IMG/VR virus record: IMGVR_UViG_3300045988_025866
Coordinates: 1 to 40,648 of that record
Length of the DNA stretch: 40,648 nucleotides
Strand: one strand, 5' to 3'
Source: a virus
The notes under the pieces are model-generated. The model was given only the letters and a program-made list of their open reading frames with translations. It did not search any database and was not told where the DNA came from. Within the stretch, counting starts at the first letter, position 1, and every line of letters starts with the position of its first letter. The position numbers and the translations under genes were made by a program. Below, piece by piece: positions 13,834-25,194 of this stretch.

Positions 13834-16824
13834 TTAACTACCTCCTACATATCTAATGACATTCCTGTCGGGATTGATGAAATCTTGCTCTTCTCGATAG
13901 CGACCAATCTGAATGGTTTTCGAGAAGATCCCGTTCTCGATGTGGATAACGCCTTGTGAAATATACATCACTTCGTTACCAGCCGAGAACATCGAAATGC
14001 GACCGCTTGGACTGAACAGCATAGAGCTAGAGTTGTCTGTTTTACCAATGACAAGCCCTTCATTTGATGAAGTCATGTAGCTGTCAATGAAGTTCCAGCG
14101 CTCTGACATGTCATCCAGATTGTTCTCTAGCTTCGCTACACGAGCACTGGCATCAACAAGGTTCTTCTCAGCCTGTGCCCGATTAGCATTATTTGCATTC
14201 ACGAAATCTTGGTAGGCTTTGACCCACTGATTAAGTGTGTCAAGGGATGCTTTAGCCTCAAGCTCGGCTTGTACCACAGAATTAACTTCGTTAAGCTTGT
14301 TGAGTTGTGCTTGAGTCAAAACTTGGTCAGCCTTAGAATCAATGTCATCCTGTACATCTTCAATTGCAGGGGTCCAGTCCGTTTTGACTGTTCCTTTTTC
14401 GATTTTTACTTCCCAAACAGACTTGCTAGCTGTTTTGTGATAGGTATTGACACGTAGATGATAGTTTCCTGTCGGTTTGTTCCAAGTAATCAGCGTTCCT
14501 GTAGTTCCTGTTTTTAAATCAGATACAATTTGATAATTTTGGTATTTATCATCAATCAACCAAAGTGTCGCATTATCACTCTCGACATTTGCGTTATGCA
14601 GAGCAGTAAAATTACCGTCCGATTTCGCACTAACAAGGTACTTTTGATCCTGCTCTAAATAGACAGAAGTTTCGTTTTTGTACAAAACGTTATTATCAAA
14701 ATTCGTTGGTTTTCTGTCCGGCTTAAAAGGTCCTTTCGAGCCTTTTAAAAGATTTCGACCACCAACCGAGACACTACCAGCCGTGTCATTCCAAGAGTAA
14801 TCAGCTGGATTAGTGCTATTTGCTTTATCAAAGTTAGTACATATCCCTAGAAAACGCTTGGTGCCGTCTTGCGTCAGACTGAAACCAGTTCGACCATCGG
14901 CGCTATCGGCATAGGCAAAGTGGACGTAAGGCGTTCTTCCATCTGCCCCAGCTTTACCCGGAATGCCATCCCGGCCATCGCTACCCTTCCACTTGCTCCA
15001 GCGGTAATCTTGCGGATTACGGCTATCGGCAGTATTGAAATTTTGATACATACCAATGAATGGTTTGTTAGTGTCTGTTTGACTAAATCCACCACCAGAA
15101 ACGGTGTCAGCGTAGGCAATGTGAGTGTACTGTGTTTTACCATCAGCACCCTTAACGCCGGGAATCCCTTGATCACCCTTCGGGCCTTGCAAGCCTTGAG
15201 GGCCGACAGAACCGGTTAGTCCTTGTGGTCCTTGCAAACCCCTATCACCTTTTTCGCCCCTATCACCTTTCGCACCAGTCTCACCCTTAACGCCTTGTGG
15301 ACCTTGCTCACCTTTATCCCCTTTAGGTCCGGGGTCGCCTTTCGCACCGTTTCTACCGTCTGAGACATTTAAAAAAGTAACTTCTTCCGAAGCTACTTCT
15401 TTATTATCTACCCATGCTGAAACCGTCAACGCTGTTGGTTGGGTGATCTGTGATGCCACCATGTCGTAGGTCATCCCCACGTATTTTATAGCACCGTCAA
15501 TTACGAAACGCCACGTTGCGTTAACGGTTTTATCGCCTTGTTTTAAAACTGGTCGAACAGTCGAGCGACCAATACCATTTTTAAATGCCGTTCCGTTTGT
15601 GGTTGTGATCTCGACACGGTAGGGTAAGGCTTTTGCTGCGATTTCATCAATCCGTTGTTGCAAGTCAGACGATGGCTTGTTCACAATTTTACGGTAATTC
15701 GAAAACACAACTGAGTTATTAAGTGGCATGTCGAAACTAACAACCATTTCAGTGACACGAGCTTCGAGAGCTAACCCACCTCTAAAATTATTATTAATAA
15801 TTTTGACGGTATCACCTAAGTTAATATCCTTGTAGTTTTCAATGAAACTGGATTGGATATCGACGGTGTAGGTCATAAGTGGATAAGCGTACTGCTTGAT
15901 AGTACGCAAGGCGTAACCTTTTAAAGCGTTAACGTCCTTGTATTCTGTCTCGAAGTCCTTGCGTGTCCAGTTATCTGCATTGCCCGGATTCATGGTAGAT
16001 GGGTAACGTTCCCTAGACAGCGGGGCAAACACTAAGCTATTCCCACGTTTTGAGTAAAACTCTACTTGTCCTAACTCATTTTTCTCCTCAAACTCAACAT
16101 CGTTAAGGTTAACACCATCTTGCCCAACAAAATTACCAGCATTGAAAAGTTGCGTTTTGTCGCTAGTGACTTGCACACCTTTCAATTCATTTTGGAAGTA
16201 GAGGACTACATCTCCCCTAACTTTACCAATGCCGTGATGATTTTCGTCTGGTTGCTGGTAGATATCAATGATGAATCGTTTCAAAGTACCATCTCTGTTT
16301 AACTCGGTTCGAAATGCCATTTCAGCATCAAATTTAGTCATCAAGCTTCGTAACTGTGCTAATCGTGTATCTTGTGCTTCAAATTCAACTTTTCGTGTTT
16401 TGTCTGAAACTTCATTAACCCCAATCTCCATGTTTGCAAAACCGAGATAGCCCATATCGTTAAGATACCATGCTATCGTTTGGGCGTTTTCGCTCTTATA
16501 AGGAATAGCACCCTCTTGAGCTAACTCAAGGTTAGTGTTGTTACATGTTACTTGGAAATTATCATCGTTTTCAACAAGTTGCGACACATAAAAAACACGG
16601 TAAGTGTTATCGTAGTAAAACGAAACAAGCATATCATCATTGATATATTTTACATCGTCGTGTAGCTTCCCGTCTACAATTTTAGGAATTATGAAATCGA
16701 ATGTACTAGTTGCGTATTCAAGATAAGTGTGCCATTGACTGTTTGAGTATGACAACATGCCAGGAACGTTATTATTCAACGCGCACACTTTCCGCATGTT
16801 CTTGTCATGAATCCAAATTTGCAT
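13834..16824 (-). CDS. Tail-associated lysin-type baseplate protein (Tal; prophage-tail N-domain) with collagen-like repeats
   Basis: The ATG at 16824 overlaps the Dit stop (TAATG). N-terminus [18 protein letters not shown] shows the Prophage_tail pattern. A run of about 24 GXY triplets, duplicated YxHxAYAD modules and a C-terminal coiled coil are present. Confidence 0.85.
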   Translation of the reverse strand: MQIWIHDKNMRKVCALNNNVPGMLSYSNSQWHTYLEYATSTFDFIIPKIVDGKLHDDVKYINDDMLVSFYYDNTYRVFYVSQLVENDDNFQVTCNNTNLELAQEGAIPYKSENAQTIAWYLNDMGYLGFANMEIGVNEVSDKTRKVEFEAQDTRLAQLRSLMTKFDAEMAFRTELNRDGTLKRFIIDIYQQPDENHHGIGKVRGDVVLYFQNELKGVQVTSDKTQLFNAGNFVGQDGVNLNDVEFEEKNELGQVEFYSKRGNSLVFAPLSRERYPSTMNPGNADNWTRKDFETEYKDVNALKGYALRTIKQYAYPLMTYTVDIQSSFIENYKDINLGDTVKIINNNFRGGLALEARVTEMVVSFDMPLNNSVVFSNYRKIVNKPSSDLQQRIDEIAAKALPYRVEITTTNGTAFKNGIGRSTVRPVLKQGDKTVNATWRFVIDGAIKYVGMTYDMVASQITQPTALTVSAWVDNKEVASEEVTFLNVSDGRNGAKGDPGPKGDKGEQGPQGVKGETGAKGDRGEKGDRGLQGPQGLTGSVGPQGLQGPKGDQGIPGVKGADGKTQYTHIAYADTVSGGGFSQTDTNKPFIGMYQNFNTADSRNPQDYRWSKWKGSDGRDGIPGKAGADGRTPYVHFAYADSADGRTGFSLTQDGTKRFLGICTNFDKANSTNPADYSWNDTAGSVSVGGRNLLKGSKGPFKPDRKPTNFDNNVLYKNETSVYLEQDQKYLVSAKSDGNFTALHNANVESDNATLWLIDDKYQNYQIVSDLKTGTTGTLITWNKPTGNYHLRVNTYHKTASKSVWEVKIEKGTVKTDWTPAIEDVQDDIDSKADQVLTQAQLNKLNEVNSVVQAELEAKASLDTLNQWVKAYQDFVNANNANRAQAEKNLVDASARVAKLENNLDDMSERWNFIDSYMTSSNEGLVIGKTDNSSSMLFSPSGRISMFSAGNEVMYISQGVIHIENGIFSKTIQIGRYREEQDFINPDRNVIRYVGGS
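15136..15357 (-). repeat. Collagen-like G-X-Y repeat block (about 24 triplets) inside Tal
   Basis: Translation is [74 protein letters not shown]. Confidence 0.95.
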
Positions 16825-18389
16825 TAAACATAACGCTCCTTCCAAGTAATTTCAATAGTTGGGTCAGTTCTTACCCAACTTGATGTGTAGATGTCGATTT
16901 CAGTTTCACCAGTGCCGATGCTAAATGGCTCGGATAAATAAGTTAACTCATTAGACGCTGGCAAGTTATCAACTAATGTTTTACCTTTGGCCATGTCGAT
17001 TTCAAGGATAGAACCCTTACGGAAACGATTAGGAATATCTTCTTCCTTCTCTACGTGATGCTTTGCGTAAACAAAACTATCCAGATACAAGTGTGTGATC
17101 AACGGCCAATCTTTGATGCCGAAAATACCAATATGGATTTTAGCTGATTTTTTCCCTTTAATCTCTGGCACGGTGAACTTAGGATAAGACCCTTGCCAGT
17201 AAAATTGAAGAACATCATCAAAGCGTTGAACATCCGACCAACCTTGTGGTTCATTGAATGGGTTAGCAGTTGAAACGTGTGTCCCGTAGAAATGTTTTCT
17301 ATCGAGGACTTTATAACCACCTTTGCCATCTCCTGCTAGGAAATTATAATGGCAGTCAAAACCATTAGTGTGTTTGTAAGTTTCTACACCGTAGAGAAAT
17401 ACACCGTTTGCGTCTGTTACAGATATTTTGATGAAACCGAATTGATTTGCAGCACCCAGCCACAATATTTGTCTCCACCAAAAATATTCATACAACGAGC
17501 CTTTTTGACCATTACTATCTGCCGGAATCTCCCATGTTAACGAACTACCTCGTAGGTATTTATCCCCACCACCAGTGTTTGTTAAGGCAATGTGTGGTCT
17601 GCCCCAATTGTTTTCGATAGCAAGAGTGCCATTGAGTGAGTGACTATCATCATTAAAACGCCCTTGATTTTTCGCACCAACCGCAAAACCGTTGGTGATC
17701 CAGTTATTAGAAACATAGTCGAACAGAATTTCAGATTGTTTAGCTGTACGGGTATTGGCTTCATTAGGGTTTCCAATCTCATAGCTTTCGCTAGAAGACT
17801 TCACAATCCCAACCCAGCCATTATCTGAGTTAAATTTCAGCTTAATATCTGGGTAAGTTTCAGCCGTACCAAAGTTCTTCAACGTAGCCTTGTAGTGACC
17901 AGTAGAGACTTTCTTAATACTGCCGTCCTTGGTTTCACCGTCGCTACTTACCAAGGCTTGTGCCTTGTTCTCACCGTAGCTTTTCGGCACATCGAATGTG
18001 ACCGTTACCGTTGCGGTAATCGGTGCCGTGTTCTTATCCACGGTAAGCGACGCTTGACCAGACGGAATAGCTTCCCAAACCTTGTTAGGCTCATCACCGA
18101 AAATTAATGGTTTCGGTTTATCAACATTAAGGTATCCACCTAGCGTTTCAGCAATGGTATTAAAGTAGTCGTAGTTTCCTACCAAGGTAAACGATACTTG
18201 AATTTGCTTAACTGACAAGGTGCTATATAGGAATTGCTGGCCGTAGCGTCTACGCCCTTGGTCTTGATAGTTATTGTTAAAGTTAGATGCCACGTTTTTC
18301 GTGACATCTACTGGAACGGTACGCCCTTGCCCCTCATTGAATAGTTCGGTTAAGTTTTTACCGTCATAAGTTACTGACATTCCTATCAA
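16824..18389 (-). CDS. Distal tail protein (Dit), enlarged form (521 aa)
   Basis: It lies between the TMP and Tal. A TTG start at 18389 sits 9 nt after GGAGG and overlaps the TMP stop (TTGA). The size suggests inserted carbohydrate-binding modules. Confidence 0.75.
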   Translation of the reverse strand: MIGMSVTYDGKNLTELFNEGQGRTVPVDVTKNVASNFNNNYQDQGRRRYGQQFLYSTLSVKQIQVSFTLVGNYDYFNTIAETLGGYLNVDKPKPLIFGDEPNKVWEAIPSGQASLTVDKNTAPITATVTVTFDVPKSYGENKAQALVSSDGETKDGSIKKVSTGHYKATLKNFGTAETYPDIKLKFNSDNGWVGIVKSSSESYEIGNPNEANTRTAKQSEILFDYVSNNWITNGFAVGAKNQGRFNDDSHSLNGTLAIENNWGRPHIALTNTGGGDKYLRGSSLTWEIPADSNGQKGSLYEYFWWRQILWLGAANQFGFIKISVTDANGVFLYGVETYKHTNGFDCHYNFLAGDGKGGYKVLDRKHFYGTHVSTANPFNEPQGWSDVQRFDDVLQFYWQGSYPKFTVPEIKGKKSAKIHIGIFGIKDWPLITHLYLDSFVYAKHHVEKEEDIPNRFRKGSILEIDMAKGKTLVDNLPASNELTYLSEPFSIGTGETEIDIYTSSWVRTDPTIEITWKERYV

Positions 18390-21300
18390 ATAATGCTACC
18401 TCCTAACAACGCTTGTCTGCGTTCGTAATCGTTTGTTGCTTTTGTCATAAAGGGTGCTAACCCGTTTGATACACTTCTTCCATCGATAACGTTTCTGATC
18501 TCGATTGGGTTAGAGCCATTGGTTACTAATTGACTTAGCAAACCAATCATGACATCCAACTTATCTTCGAGGACAGAAACACGCTCACGGTCTGAAGCGT
18601 TATCGTGGTTGCCTTGTGGGGCATCACCAGCGAAACGAGCCACTGCTTCAGTAAGCAGTTGCCACGCCCTGCCACGTTTGGCGATATCTGTTGGAATAAC
18701 ATACTCTGGCATATCGCCTTCAGCTAATTCGTAAACACCGTTCTTGTGGACTAGACCACCGTTAGCGTAGCCATAGGCTGCGACACGGTTAAAGGCTGCA
18801 TCCGATGTACCATAACGGTGCTTGATGTAGTTAATCGCAGCAAGCAAGTTATCATAACCATTACGGATGTTATTGTGACCAGCGTGTTTATATGCGTCAA
18901 ACGTTGGTTGAATAGTCTGCATCAAACCAATAGATGGTGTCCCAGCTCTGGCGTTACTATCCCAGTTATTTTGAACATTAGGGTTACCACCAGATTCACG
19001 CTGGATAGTCGCCAAAATTTTAGAAACACGGAAGTCGTTCGGCTCGATTCCATTTGCTTTCAAGGCACGAACAACAGATTCACGCCATCTTGAAACACCC
19101 GTACCTTGAGGTCCATCTTCACCACCACCGGCTGGACTGAGCAACGGACCAAGGGTTTTCTTAATCCAGTCGAACATGCCACCGACTTGACGTTTAATCA
19201 ACGTTTGAAGTGGACTGTTGCGGTCTTTAAGTGGTTTACTATTATCTTCACCACTGCTTCCACTGTCTCGGACACCGAAATCAAGGAAGGTCGCAGCGTT
19301 CGAAATATGTCGTCCGGCATATTGGTGATACTGACCATTGCCACCGTAATTATACTCTTCACCGTCGTAGGTATCACCATGAACGGCTGTGACAAAGTCA
19401 ACGTGGTTGCTTGAAACAGGACCACCAGTGTAGACCGCTACCGTACCCGGTTTAGGTCTACTTAAGTGTGGCACGCTGGCAGATATCCATTGATTACCAT
19501 TACCAAGGTGACTAAACAAACTAGGCTTAATACCAAGGTTAGCCAAACGGCTGGCAACGAAGGATACACATTCACGATAGAAATAACCCCACGGGTCAGC
19601 ACCAGCGTCTTTAGCTTTGTCTTTGAAGCGGTAGTCATCACCTTTGGCACCCATAGCCACCGTGCCTTCATCCATTGAGGCATTGGCCATAGACCAAAGT
19701 TCTTTCCACCAGTTTTTGGCTTCTTCGACTGGTTTCTTATACAATGCGTTACCAAGTGGGTTAAACATACCAGCTAACTTATCAGCATTAGGACTGAATT
19801 TTTTAGCCAATGATCCGACTGGGTCTTTAACGACATCGGTGACAAACTCAATCATTTTCATGAATTTATCGACACCGTTTTTCATTGTGTCCCAAACTGA
19901 GCCAGCCACGTTTGTAGCCGTATCCCAGATTTTAGACCAGAAACCAGTACCTTTGGCAAACGCTCCACGTTCAACGCCCATAAGCATGGCCAGTTCACTA
20001 GCATTGATGACTTCCGAACCAGCCGGCAAGAGATACTCAACGTTTCTGCCTTGTGGCAAGAATGACTTGCCGTTAGGCAAGATTACCATTTCTTGGTTGT
20101 TGGTCTCTGGGCTATCGTAGCCATCATTAAGAGTAGCTAACGTAGGCTTGGTGATTGGGTTACGGTATGAGCTAAACATACCAGTACCGCCAGCAAACTT
20201 AACTTTCGGAATTTTAGAGATAGCCTCTTTACTACCTCCGAAATCAGAAATCAGTTTGTTAATACCATCAATACCAGCATTAGGCAGTGCGATGACAGCA
20301 TTAATACCGTCACCAGCAAGTTTCTTCATGCCGTCCCACATTTCGCCAAAGCCTTTTTTCACGTTATCCCATGTATCTTTGAAGAACTTAGCGATATTGG
20401 TCAATGCGTCGGTAATCAGTTTGGTAATATTAACACCAAATTTTTCTTGCGTTAACGCTCCGATTTCATCCCATTTTTTAGATAGGAATTTCTTAGAGTT
20501 TTCCCAACCGTCAAACCAGTTCTTATTGATACCCTTATGGTTTTTGTCAATATCCTTACCAAGAGCAATCATCGCTTCACTAGCATTGCCCTTGATGTTC
20601 TCCCATGTTTTAGATGCGAATTTCTTGACATTGTCCCACTTTTCGCCCCAGTCTTTCTTAAGGGAGCTCATGTGTTTTTCAACGCCTTTAGCCATATCTT
20701 TGACATGGTCCACTGTGTTATCGACAAACTTCTTAAACTTCTTATTGTGCTTGTAGATCAGAGCAAAAGCTCCAGCGATAGGATTGGCAATAAATAAAAG
20801 GACTTGTTTCCAATCCTTTTTGAAGAAATCAATGATTTTACCAAAGATTTCTTTTGTCACTTTGAAGATTTTTTCAAAGGCTTTCTTGGCAGCCTTAAAC
20901 ATATTATCTACAAACTCTTTGAACTTCTTGTTGTGTTTGTAAAGCAACACCAAGGCTGTGATAGCCGCTGTTACTGCAACCACGATTAAACCAATGGGAT
21001 TCGCTTTCATTGCTACGTTCAATGCCCATTGAACACCAGTCGCAACTTTTTGAGCAGCAGCCATAGCTTTTTGAGCGACAGTCATAGCTATCGTTGAATT
21101 TTTCATCACTTCAATAGCTTTGGCAACTTTCATCACTCCTGAAACTACTTTAGAACCCACGAAGTAAGCAGCAAACAAAGAACCGACTGTTTTAATAGCC
21201 GTCTTATGTTCGGCGATACCACCCAAAGCCTTGGACAGTGATGTTACTGGTGTTTTAGCTTTCTTACCGTTACCAGTCATGAGGTCGAGCGCCCCAGCGA

Positions 21301-23113
21301 CACCTTTAATCATGCCCACTGCGGTTTCCCAAACGCCACTAGCAAAGTCTTTGCCGATACTTAAGACCGAACCTAGACTGTCTTTAACTTCTTTGAAGAA
21401 AGCTACAATTTTAGGGGCATTGTTAGCAATGGTTTTACTAACGTTATCAACGACCTTATTAAGACCGTCCATGAAGCCGTTGAGCTTATCAGTTCCGTTT
21501 CCTAGATTAAAGACTTTAGAAAAAGCATCCATGATAGTCCCTAGACCTTTGGAAACGTGTTCCCCTAAATCTTTAAACTTGGTTTCAGTGTTAGGGTCAG
21601 CAACCCAATTACCAATCTGTTGTAAGAATGGGTTTTTCATTTTATCGATTGGGTCACGGAATGCAGCGACTACTGCAGGCATACGGGATTGGATTGTTCT
21701 TTCAAGACCACCGATAGTGGTTGAGAAGTTAGCCGTCGCATCCTTGTACTTGTCTTGCAACTCAAACAAGGCTTTTTGCGCCATCTCTGCGGTGATCTTA
21801 CCGTCTTTTTGAAGTTCCGCATATTTATCGGCGGTCATGTCTGCAATGCCAAGTTCTTGTGCTGCCACTTCTTTAAGTTGGTTTTTCATTTCAGGAAAGA
21901 CATTGATGATAGACATCATGTCTTGCCCTTGGACCTTACCATTGGCAATCATTTGCGCCCATTGAGTAGCGAAATTCTCAACGGCTGCATCCGTTTGACC
22001 AAAAGCGTCTTGCAAGGTCAAGATGGCTTGCGTTTGTTGCTTGGTCAACTCGGTATTGTGGGTAACGGCATAGAATTTTTGATTCATGCCGTCAACCATT
22101 TCGGTCGAGTTAGCCGCAGCTTGCGCCATTTGATTGGTCATATCGACCATCTTCTTACCTTCTTCGGCGTTGCCGGTAAGTGTTAACCAAGTGGCATTCA
22201 TGGTTTGTTGGTATTTAACGTATTCGGCACTTGATTGGGCGATTTCGTCAAACTTGCCCTTAATAGCTCCCAATGCGTTTTGGAAACCGTTACTAATCAA
22301 ATTAGCGGCAAACGTAGCCCCAAAGATACCTTTTAAGCGTGAGGTTTTCGTTTCAGTCTCACTGACTTCACTTCCTAAGCGTTTAAAGCTATCCTTTAAG
22401 CGTCCAATGAACGTGCTAGAGCGTTGACTTTGTTCAATCTCATCATTCAATCTATCAGCAGCATTACGAGCGTGAGCCAAACTAGTAGCTGTTTCATCCA
22501 AGCGTCTACGCTGAACGAGGTATTCTTCAGAGGTTTTACCAGATTGGCGAGCGACACGCTCAAGCATTTCTTTCTGTTTCTCATACTGCTTATTTAAGTT
22601 AGTAATCGAACCTTTGTATTGCTTGAGTTGCTCTTGTCTAGCTTCATCTTCCTTACCTTCCGCTTTCAAACGCTTGATATAAGCGTCGGAAGTTTCGTTT
22701 TGTAGCTTGTACTCTCTTTGCAATTCAGCAAGCCCAGACCTATGATAGTCCAGACTGTTCTTAGCTTGCCTTTGTTGGTTTTCCAACGATGCCAAGCGGG
22801 TAGTAGCTTGGTCAATCTGTTGTTGGTATTTAAGGTACTGTTCAGCGGTTTCAGCGGTACTACCCTTAAGTTGAGACTGCTCTTGTTTCAGTTTCTCAAT
22901 CTTGTGCTGTTGGTTTTGGATAGCATTGCCCAAACCATCGTACTTAGCTTGTGCTGCTCCCAGATAGTCCCCAGCACTACGCATTTGGCTCTCTTGTGCC
23001 TTCCATGCGTTCGTAGAACTATTGACTAACTGAGTTAACCGCTTAATCGAGTTAGCCGCTTGAAGCGTGTCTAAGGCGATTTCCGTGGACATGGTAGCTT
23101 GTACTTTTGCCAT
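18386..23113 (-). CDS. Tape measure protein (1575 aa) with C-terminal CHAP and lytic-transglycosylase (SLT) domains
   Basis: Coiled-coil N-terminus, TM segments and W/F-rich periodic repeats (YKHNKKFKEFVDN twice). The CHAP region YRECVSFVASRL...NHVDFVTAV lies at about 19270-19650. The SLT region IQRESGGNP...GLMQT lies at about 18760-19100. Confidence 0.92.
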   Translation of the reverse strand: MAKVQATMSTEIALDTLQAANSIKRLTQLVNSSTNAWKAQESQMRSAGDYLGAAQAKYDGLGNAIQNQQHKIEKLKQEQSQLKGSTAETAEQYLKYQQQIDQATTRLASLENQQRQAKNSLDYHRSGLAELQREYKLQNETSDAYIKRLKAEGKEDEARQEQLKQYKGSITNLNKQYEKQKEMLERVARQSGKTSEEYLVQRRRLDETATSLAHARNAADRLNDEIEQSQRSSTFIGRLKDSFKRLGSEVSETETKTSRLKGIFGATFAANLISNGFQNALGAIKGKFDEIAQSSAEYVKYQQTMNATWLTLTGNAEEGKKMVDMTNQMAQAAANSTEMVDGMNQKFYAVTHNTELTKQQTQAILTLQDAFGQTDAAVENFATQWAQMIANGKVQGQDMMSIINVFPEMKNQLKEVAAQELGIADMTADKYAELQKDGKITAEMAQKALFELQDKYKDATANFSTTIGGLERTIQSRMPAVVAAFRDPIDKMKNPFLQQIGNWVADPNTETKFKDLGEHVSKGLGTIMDAFSKVFNLGNGTDKLNGFMDGLNKVVDNVSKTIANNAPKIVAFFKEVKDSLGSVLSIGKDFASGVWETAVGMIKGVAGALDLMTGNGKKAKTPVTSLSKALGGIAEHKTAIKTVGSLFAAYFVGSKVVSGVMKVAKAIEVMKNSTIAMTVAQKAMAAAQKVATGVQWALNVAMKANPIGLIVVAVTAAITALVLLYKHNKKFKEFVDNMFKAAKKAFEKIFKVTKEIFGKIIDFFKKDWKQVLLFIANPIAGAFALIYKHNKKFKKFVDNTVDHVKDMAKGVEKHMSSLKKDWGEKWDNVKKFASKTWENIKGNASEAMIALGKDIDKNHKGINKNWFDGWENSKKFLSKKWDEIGALTQEKFGVNITKLITDALTNIAKFFKDTWDNVKKGFGEMWDGMKKLAGDGINAVIALPNAGIDGINKLISDFGGSKEAISKIPKVKFAGGTGMFSSYRNPITKPTLATLNDGYDSPETNNQEMVILPNGKSFLPQGRNVEYLLPAGSEVINASELAMLMGVERGAFAKGTGFWSKIWDTATNVAGSVWDTMKNGVDKFMKMIEFVTDVVKDPVGSLAKKFSPNADKLAGMFNPLGNALYKKPVEEAKNWWKELWSMANASMDEGTVAMGAKGDDYRFKDKAKDAGADPWGYFYRECVSFVASRLANLGIKPSLFSHLGNGNQWISASVPHLSRPKPGTVAVYTGGPVSSNHVDFVTAVHGDTYDGEEYNYGGNGQYHQYAGRHISNAATFLDFGVRDSGSSGEDNSKPLKDRNSPLQTLIKRQVGGMFDWIKKTLGPLLSPAGGGEDGPQGTGVSRWRESVVRALKANGIEPNDFRVSKILATIQRESGGNPNVQNNWDSNARAGTPSIGLMQTIQPTFDAYKHAGHNNIRNGYDNLLAAINYIKHRYGTSDAAFNRVAAYGYANGGLVHKNGVYELAEGDMPEYVIPTDIAKRGRAWQLLTEAVARFAGDAPQGNHDNASDRERVSVLEDKLDVMIGLLSQLVTNGSNPIEIRNVIDGRSVSNGLAPFMTKATNDYERRQALLGGSII

Positions 23114-23141
23114 GTATTATTTTTCCTCCTTTCCTTAAAAA

Positions 23142-23686
23142 TTAGAGTAAAGATGTTGGGTCAACCATCCTATCTTCTTCCTCTTTGGCATTTAAGATTT
23201 TCATTAGCTCATAATAGTCAGTGTCGTAATACTGATCTAGTGTCCACCCAAAACCTTGGATTGATTTTTTAGCAATGATTTTTAAATCTTCAATGCGATT
23301 TTCTAAATCAAAAATCTGTTCGCCTTTAGATTTTAGTCTTTTGGGTCAATGTCACCAGCAGCATTTTCGAGTTGTTCGTCTGTCAATCCGTACATGTAGC
23401 CCACCAATTTTTCAGAGATTTCTTGTGTGCGGACGTTATCCAAATCAAGCAATTTATCATAGGCTTCATCATCCAAGTCGAGAATAGCACGGATAAAGCT
23501 GAGCATTTCCTTGAGCACAGTATAGCTTGCTTGTGCTTGCTCTTGTGTATCGCTATCTTCCATAGTGTCACTGAGTTTCAACACGGCAAGTTGATACTCG
23601 TGCATACGCAAAACGTTACGGTTGCTTGTAGTCACTTTGAAGGCTTTTTTACTGATTTCTGGGATTTGAATAGTTTTGATTTCCAT
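23142..23686 (-). CDS. Tail assembly chaperone GT fusion made by a -1 programmed frameshift
   Basis: The -1 frame stays open from the slip site to TAA at 23142-23144. It encodes RLKSKGEQIFDLENRIEDLKIIAKKSIQGFGWTLDQYYDTDYYELMKILNAKEEEDRMVDPTSLL. Confidence 0.7.
23333..23686 (-). CDS. Tail assembly chaperone G (117 aa)
   Basis: It lies between the major tail protein and the TMP. It is acidic and ends with a slippery heptamer. Confidence 0.8.
   Translation of the reverse strand: MEIKTIQIPEISKKAFKVTTSNRNVLRMHEYQLAVLKLSDTMEDSDTQEQAQASYTVLKEMLSFIRAILDLDDEAYDKLLDLDNVRTQEISEKLVGYMYGLTDEQLENAAGDIDPKD
23339..23345 (-). promoter_or_regulatory. Slippery heptamer C_CCA_AAA for the G/GT -1 frameshift
   Basis: The minus strand reads gaC CCA AAA gac taa, which fits the X_XXY_YYZ pattern, 2 codons before the G stop. 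Confidence 0.7.
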
Positions 23687-23702
23687 TTATCTTTACTCCT
23701 TT

Positions 23703-23738
23703 AACAAAAATAGAGGTCAGGCCATGAGCCCGACCTCT
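23703..23738 (-). terminator. Hairpin / partial terminator after the major tail gene
   Basis: On the minus strand, AGAGGTC-GGGCTCATGGCCT-GACCTCT is followed by ATTTTTGTT. Confidence 0.55.
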
Positions 23739-23753
23739 TGCGAATTATTTAGA

Positions 23754-24371
23754 TTATCCACCGACTACTGGTGTACCAGTGAGAACATATCCACCGAATA
23801 CTTCTTTGAACATGTTAGCTTTGTCGAAAGTAGATGCTCCAGAATAGTATTTCTTGTAAGGTTCACCGTTGAACGAGATGGCTGACAATGCGTTAAATGT
23901 CATATTGTCGTCTTGGCGAGTTTGGGCAGTATCAGTATCTGTTGCAACGTTTTGAGTTGATTCTTGCATAATGCCGTTAGCGAAACCAAAGAAAACTGAG
24001 TGTTTGCGGTCAAGTGTTTCAGATTCAATCAATACCGCTGTGTGTGGCTTTTCACCGTCCATCACGTAACCACCCTTGCCGTCTGCTTTGAAACCAAGCA
24101 TTTTTTGTTTGATCTCAAAGTCAAGGTTGTTGAAGTCGAATGCGACTGTTGGTGAACCCGGTGCAATCATTACGTCTTGTACTGAGTTGTTCCCAGGTAC
24201 TTTAGTCGCTTGACCTTCCAGGTTAGAAATGTTAGCGGTACGAGTACCAAGCATCTTAGAATCAACTTCGATTACACCGTCTGTTGAAAGGCCGTCAGCA
24301 CCTTTAATTAGTTTTTGGGTTTTAGGGTCAACCAAAGCAAGGCGGACCATTTTCAAACCTACAATTGCCAT
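23754..24371 (-). CDS. Major tail protein (phi13-type)
   Basis: 205 aa. Position and N-terminus MAIVGLKMVRLALVDPKTQKL are typical of siphovirus major tail proteins. Confidence 0.85.
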   Translation of the reverse strand: MAIVGLKMVRLALVDPKTQKLIKGADGLSTDGVIEVDSKMLGTRTANISNLEGQATKVPGNNSVQDVMIAPGSPTVAFDFNNLDFEIKQKMLGFKADGKGGYVMDGEKPHTAVLIESETLDRKHSVFFGFANGIMQESTQNVATDTDTAQTRQDDNMTFNALSAISFNGEPYKKYYSGASTFDKANMFKEVFGGYVLTGTPVVGG

Positions 24372-24389
24372 ATAGTAATTACTCCTTTG

Positions 24390-24761
24390 TTAAATTAATC
24401 TGTCGAGGGCAACAAAAAAGACCGCCGTAATCTGTAATGTATCGGGGTCTATGCTATGTTCTCTCATATCTGTAATTGAGTAGTGTTCTGATTTTAAGAA
24501 CTTCAATAGTTCCATTTCAAAGGCTTCGATATCAAAGTCGATATCAGCCTTGTAGAAAATCTGGACTTCTACTCTATCTGTTTTACTGAAAAAGGTATTG
24601 TTTCCGCTTAAGTCAAGGGATGGATTGCTTTCGGTGAGTAACACAATTGTCTTATCGGTGTTTTCTTCGAGCTCTTTAGGCAAGTTGTTTGCATATACTT
24701 CGCTTATTTCACCAAATTCTTTGCCGTCAATGAGCTCTTTTAGTTTTACGGTTGCTATCAC
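24390..24761 (-). CDS. Tail terminator / tail completion protein
   Basis: Synteny: it follows the HK97 gp10-like gene and precedes the major tail gene. GTG start after AAAGGAGG. Confidence 0.6.
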   Translation of the reverse strand: MIATVKLKELIDGKEFGEISEVYANNLPKELEENTDKTIVLLTESNPSLDLSGNNTFFSKTDRVEVQIFYKADIDFDIEAFEMELLKFLKSEHYSITDMREHSIDPDTLQITAVFFVALDRLI

Positions 24762-24765
24762 TTAA

Positions 24766-25188
24766 TCACTTTCCTCCTTTCTTGCGAATGAGTTTTTCAT
24801 ACTCCGCTTTTTCTGCTAATAGCACTTTCTTTTGAACGTTGCTATCGTTTTGGACATTGGTAACGAAATGATCAGCACGGTATTTCTTAGTGCCGTCATT
24901 TAATCGTCTGGCATTTTGAGCGTGGTAATTATTTTTCCAGCCTACGGTTGCCACACCGTTCTTTCTGCCGTCCGCATTCGTTGATTGGACAGATAAACCG
25001 TCAGCCATGTGTCCATACTTCAAATCTTTTTTGTTTGAGTAGTGTTTCTCACGAGTCACTTCTTCCAACTCTTTTTGAAACACTTTCGCACCAGCGGTTG
25101 TAATTTTAGCTTGTTCCGTTGGTGTGATATCGCCAATACTGGCCACCGTTTCAAGCCAGCCCTCTAGTGCTTTATCAAGCCCTACCAT
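24766..25188 (-). CDS. HK97 gp10-like head-tail joining protein
   Basis: Synteny and size (140 aa). Confidence 0.65.
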   Translation of the reverse strand: MVGLDKALEGWLETVASIGDITPTEQAKITTAGAKVFQKELEEVTREKHYSNKKDLKYGHMADGLSVQSTNADGRKNGVATVGWKNNYHAQNARRLNDGTKKYRADHFVTNVQNDSNVQKKVLLAEKAEYEKLIRKKGGK

Positions 25189-25194
25189 AAGCTA

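Noticed and set aside
18549-22427. Many plus-strand ORFs of 60-200 aa lie inside the tape measure region, for example 19644-20120, 20148-20756, 21231-21812 and 21755-22186.
   Set aside because: They are antisense to a strongly supported 1575-aa gene. Their translations are Ser/Leu/Pro-rich low-complexity sequence typical of antisense frames, and no RBSs are present.
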